From a virus (Duplodnaviria; Heunggongvirae; Uroviricota; Caudoviricetes): a stretch of DNA of 10,461 bases. The first letter of the stretch is position 1; every line of letters begins with the position of its first letter. The DNA is taken from the IMG/VR virus record IMGVR_UViG_2526164651_000009; one strand, 5' to 3'. The notes below the pieces were generated by a model. The model ran no database searches, was not told where the DNA came from, and saw only the letters and a program-made list of their open reading frames with translations. Below, one piece after another: positions 7,453 through 10,461 of the stretch. Made by a program: the position numbers and the translations under genes.

Positions 7453-7884
7453 TTAGGCGGCGGTGAGATTGTCCGGGTATAGATTGAGAATGTCGGCAAT
7501 TTCAGGCTGAGAAAGTCCCTGATAGCCGCCAGCGTCGGCGTTATGGTTCACAAGCCGAATAACTTTTAGAACGTCACCGCGCCCGGTAAAGCGATAGCGT
7601 AAATGTGACCCTATCCCGTCGGGGTTCTTTTCGTCTATACGCTCAAGCTGAATATCAAGCCTGCGCTCTAACTCGCTGGCGTAGTTCCTTCCAGACGAAA
7701 GGCGGCAATAACGCAGAATATCGTTTTCTGTCCATCCCTCTATACCAGTACGCAGCATATAGACGCGGGCGCGGTGTTTCTTTGGGGTACGCCTAGGTAC
7801 TTGTACCGGGCTGGTGGTCGGCGTAATATCAGACGTGCGAATATCTGAGTTAGCCGCCTGTAATGGGCGGTTTTTCTTTTTCAT
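7453..7884 (-). CDS. Hypothetical basic protein, 143 aa
   Basis: ATG at 7884-7882 overlaps the alpA stop by 1 nt (TGATG); GGTGG lies upstream. The track start at 7887 is a TTG. Basic, proline/threonine-rich N-terminus; no recognised domain. Confidence 0.6.
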   Translation of the reverse strand: MKKKNRPLQAANSDIRTSDITPTTSPVQVPRRTPKKHRARVYMLRTGIEGWTENDILRYCRLSSGRNYASELERRLDIQLERIDEKNPDGIGSHLRYRFTGRGDVLKVIRLVNHNADAGGYQGLSQPEIADILNLYPDNLTAA

Positions 7885-8093
7885 CAAGCCACCTTTCCCC
7901 GACGTTCTGCCAGCCAGTTGTTAATCTCTACCGCATCAAAGGCGGTAATCTTCTCGCCCAGCTTTACCGGGCGCGGCAGTCGCTTATCTCGAACCCAACG
8001 ATCAATGGTTGCTACATGGACGCCCAGCGCTTGAGCCAGGCGGAAGCGGCGAATATAGCCGCTTGTGGGAAGTGGTGATTGGTGTTCTGTCAT
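7884..8093 (-). CDS. alpA: AlpA-family phage transcriptional regulator (helix-turn-helix), 69 aa
   Basis: Preferred start is the ATG at 8093-8091 with AAGGAG about 9 nt upstream; the track start at 8117 has no SD. Motifs RLAQALGVHVATIDRWV...PRPVKLG...EINNWL match the AlpA pattern. It is the first gene after the int-cargo block, as is typical for P4-like and PICI elements. Confidence 0.8.
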   Translation of the reverse strand: MTEHQSPLPTSGYIRRFRLAQALGVHVATIDRWVRDKRLPRPVKLGEKITAFDAVEINNWLAERRGKVA

Positions 8094-8194
8094 ATGTCCC
8101 GTAACTCCTTTCTGCATCGTTACGGGAATACTGAATAAAAAACCAGTGTTTATCTATACAGAATCAAAATATTAAAAATCCGAATAGATTCAGA
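8094..8194 (-). promoter_or_regulatory. AT-rich leader and probable promoter region of the alpA operon, with a hairpin around the alpA SD
   Basis: A 9-bp inverted repeat, 8097-8105 (TCCCGTAAC) with 8119-8127 (GTTACGGGA), has a 13-nt loop containing the SD AAGGAG. Further upstream are AT-rich repeats of AATCTGAA/TTCAGATT (8189-8196 and 8221-8228). No confident -35/-10 hexamers could be assigned by eye. Confidence 0.4.
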
Positions 8195-9046
8195 TTATTG
8201 AAAATCTATCAATTTCAGAAAATCTGAAAACCTCATGTTTTTTATGTGGGGGTTATCTGCGTAGTATTTTTTTAATTCCACTCGACTAAGCACATCTCTC
8301 ACAGACTCTGCAAATGGTTTCACAGTGTCACGGATGTGAGCGCCACCCTTAACCGTTCCGTCAGGTAGTGGCTCAGGGAACAGTAGACGCGCATAAAGCT
8401 CATTGGACACCATAATGCCGTTAATCCTCGCCCATCTTGATATATCAAGATATGGGATTATCCGGTAATGATGGATCTTGGCAATTGTTGACGCCCCGAA
8501 CCTCTTTTTTTCTTTGACGGCACTTTCAGGTATACCGGTCTGAACCCTCCACCTTTTTAGCAATGTTTTAAATCCAGCTATCATTTCGTCATCGTCCATC
8601 AAATCAAGCCCGATATCGACAAATATCCCCGTTTTACCTTCTGACCTTGGATCATCGGTATCATATAGCATCGACTGGTTGTATATATCGCAATTTTCTA
8701 TGTCTGCTCTTGCTTCAATTCTGCCATTATCCGTTATCGTCATACGCCCATCACTCAGGCAGCTGTTAACAAAAGCGCAAATCATCGAAAAAGGTAGAGG
8801 CATAATTCCTCTGTCATCAAAGGATAGACTACCCTCCGGCAAATCCTCATCCCAGAGGGTAACATCCGTTATAAGGGGGAATGGAATAATTGAGAAAACC
8901 TCATCTTTTCGTAACTCAAGACTATCAGAGTGATAACTCATCATGAACATCTCGCTTACCACATGGTTGACACTTAGATCCAACACGTAGTCGTACCTGT
9001 CCAGTGAAAACCATTCCATCACATCGCCGTATTTAGCCCGTTTCAT
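8195..9046 (-). CDS. Hypothetical protein, 283 aa; AT-richer cargo gene between integrase and alpA, function unknown (candidate accessory or defence gene)
   Basis: ATG at 9046-9044 with AAGGTGG about 7 nt upstream; TAA at 8197-8195. The gene looks AT-richer than its neighbours (not computed). No Walker, HExxH or nuclease motif was recognised by eye. Confidence 0.75.
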   Translation of the reverse strand: MKRAKYGDVMEWFSLDRYDYVLDLSVNHVVSEMFMMSYHSDSLELRKDEVFSIIPFPLITDVTLWDEDLPEGSLSFDDRGIMPLPFSMICAFVNSCLSDGRMTITDNGRIEARADIENCDIYNQSMLYDTDDPRSEGKTGIFVDIGLDLMDDDEMIAGFKTLLKRWRVQTGIPESAVKEKKRFGASTIAKIHHYRIIPYLDISRWARINGIMVSNELYARLLFPEPLPDGTVKGGAHIRDTVKPFAESVRDVLSRVELKKYYADNPHIKNMRFSDFLKLIDFQ

Positions 9047-9141
9047 AACGCCACCTTTTACGCTGCGCCTTATTTTGTGATTGAGCCAGGCGGTAAGGCT
9101 TCCCGCTTTTCGCCCCGTCGGGCTAGACTCAATCTATTCAG

Positions 9142-10401
9142 TTAGTTCGCCCTTCTGAGAGGCGTCACGTTGTAATCTTCGCCCTTCTCCAGAGCCACCA
9201 GCAAGCCCGCCCACTGTGTTAACGCAGCCCGTCGCTCGTCAAAGTATTGGTGACGGTTATAAATCCCCTCTACGCCCTTAATGCGATGATTGAGGCATCG
9301 TTCCGCCACTACCGGATCAACGCCCAGCGCTGCTAAATGGGTGCGGGCCGTGCGTCGGAAGTCGTGAATCGTGAAATTAGGCACATCCGGTATTTCGGCG
9401 CGAACCTTAGCCAGTGCTACGGGCAGGGTGCTTTCCTGAATATGGGGGATCATGCGGTTTTGCATCTTTCTGGCTGGCAGTACCCATGCGCTGTTGCATG
9501 AGAACGTTTTAAGCTCTCTCAGCCATTCGACGGCTGGGGAAGGTAGAGGTATATCAATAGGGTCTCCGTTTTTGCTGCGTTCTTCCGGCAAATGCCATAC
9601 CGCACCATCTAAATCAAACTCTTCCCATCGTGCGGCGCATAATTCCATTTTGCGGACGCATAACGCTAACAGTAATTTGAACGTGATTTCGTTCTGGCGA
9701 CTGAATCCCTTAGCCGTGCGCATGGCTTTGAATAGCTGGATTAACTCATCGCGGGTTAACCAGCGGTCACGGGCAACTTCTTTCCCTCCGGCGTCTGCCA
9801 CCTCAAAGGCTGAACAGGGGTTAATCTCTAGCGCGTGCCGTTTGATTCCGTAGTCGAATATGCGGCGCGTCCATCTCAGCACGTCCGTTGCTATGGTCGA
9901 CGCTCCACGGTCAACAATACCTTTCAGCATGTCATCGATATGGCGCGGTTTCACGTCCTCTACCTTCATGCTGCCAATGCAGGGGTTTATATCTTTGTCG
10001 ATACGGCGGCGGAGTATATCGGGGTGCTTCCAGCGCGGGAGGATCTGACGCTCAAAGTATTCAGCGGCAAGCTCTGAAACGCGCATAGCGTTCTTCTCTG
10101 CTTCCATCTTCGCCAGTGCTTCGGTTTTGCGCTTCTGCTTCTCTCCTGCAACGTCATAGCCCAGCGCAACGCGAGCCGATAGCTCTTTGGCTGTCTCTCT
10201 GGCCTTTGATAGTGATAGCTCGCTATACGAACCAATTAGCATGGCGCGGGACTTCCCTGCGAGTTTATAGCGGAATCTCCATGTGGGGGTTTTGTCGGCT
10301 TCACGGTAACGTAGGTATAAACCGTTACCGTCTGCCCGCCCCTCGAATCGCTCTCCGCTCTTAATCCATGCGCGGATCTGCATGTCTGTTAGTTTTGGCA
10401 T
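9142..10401 (-). CDS. int: P4-type tyrosine integrase (site-specific recombinase), about 419 aa
   Basis: Preferred start is the ATG at 10401-10399 (MPKLTDMQIRA..., matching the usual P4-type integrase N-terminus); the ORF remains open to the window edge at 10461. The C-terminal catalytic region carries HDFRRT and the active-site tyrosine context GIYNRHQY. Confidence 0.9.
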   Translation of the reverse strand: MPKLTDMQIRAWIKSGERFEGRADGNGLYLRYREADKTPTWRFRYKLAGKSRAMLIGSYSELSLSKARETAKELSARVALGYDVAGEKQKRKTEALAKMEAEKNAMRVSELAAEYFERQILPRWKHPDILRRRIDKDINPCIGSMKVEDVKPRHIDDMLKGIVDRGASTIATDVLRWTRRIFDYGIKRHALEINPCSAFEVADAGGKEVARDRWLTRDELIQLFKAMRTAKGFSRQNEITFKLLLALCVRKMELCAARWEEFDLDGAVWHLPEERSKNGDPIDIPLPSPAVEWLRELKTFSCNSAWVLPARKMQNRMIPHIQESTLPVALAKVRAEIPDVPNFTIHDFRRTARTHLAALGVDPVVAERCLNHRIKGVEGIYNRHQYFDERRAALTQWAGLLVALEKGEDYNVTPLRRAN

Positions 10402-10461
10402 TTTGCGAATATCCAAACTTTGAATAGGGGGTGTACCCAAAGCAATGTACCCAAACCTCAT

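Noticed and set aside
9047-9141. Possible terminator between the integrase and the cargo gene
   Set aside because: Only 4-bp GC stems without a following U-run were found; not convincing.
9452-10364. Several plus-strand ORFs antisense to the integrase
   Set aside because: They sit inside the strongly supported integrase gene on the opposite strand. These are typical GC-rich antisense open frames.
10402-10461. Integrase start at the window edge (MRFGYIALG...)
   Set aside because: P4-type integrases begin close to the MPKLTD motif, so the ATG at 10401 is preferred. The longer start cannot be excluded because its upstream region is outside the window.

Overview
The window reads as one contiguous, co-directional mobile-element module, with every supportable gene on the minus strand; it looks like a P4-like or PICI-like integrative satellite/island of an enterobacterium. 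All calls come from reading the sequence and ORF track by eye; no searches or computations were run, so family names are recognition-based and GC statements are eyeball impressions. From the right edge inward: a P4-type tyrosine integrase (9142-10401), a single AT-richer cargo gene of unknown function (8195-9046), an AlpA-type regulator (7884-8093), a 143-aa unknown, an AntA-like antirepressor-type protein (6607-7440), a small DUF4222-like protein, a candidate intrinsic terminator, a structured leader that may encode a C4-type antisense RNA, an Icd-like small protein (5741-5932), five translationally coupled unknown small genes (4024-5748), a large zinc-ribbon/TOPRIM/P-loop primase-helicase (1272-4031), an iteron-type origin (987-1246), an SSB (464-898) and a small HExxH metallopeptidase-like protein (1-453). 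No capsid or terminase genes, tRNA or att site are visible. The element boundaries lie outside the window. The most promising candidates for something undescribed are the cargo gene between int and alpA, the five-gene coupled operon feeding into the primase, and the antisense-like leader in front of the Icd-like gene.
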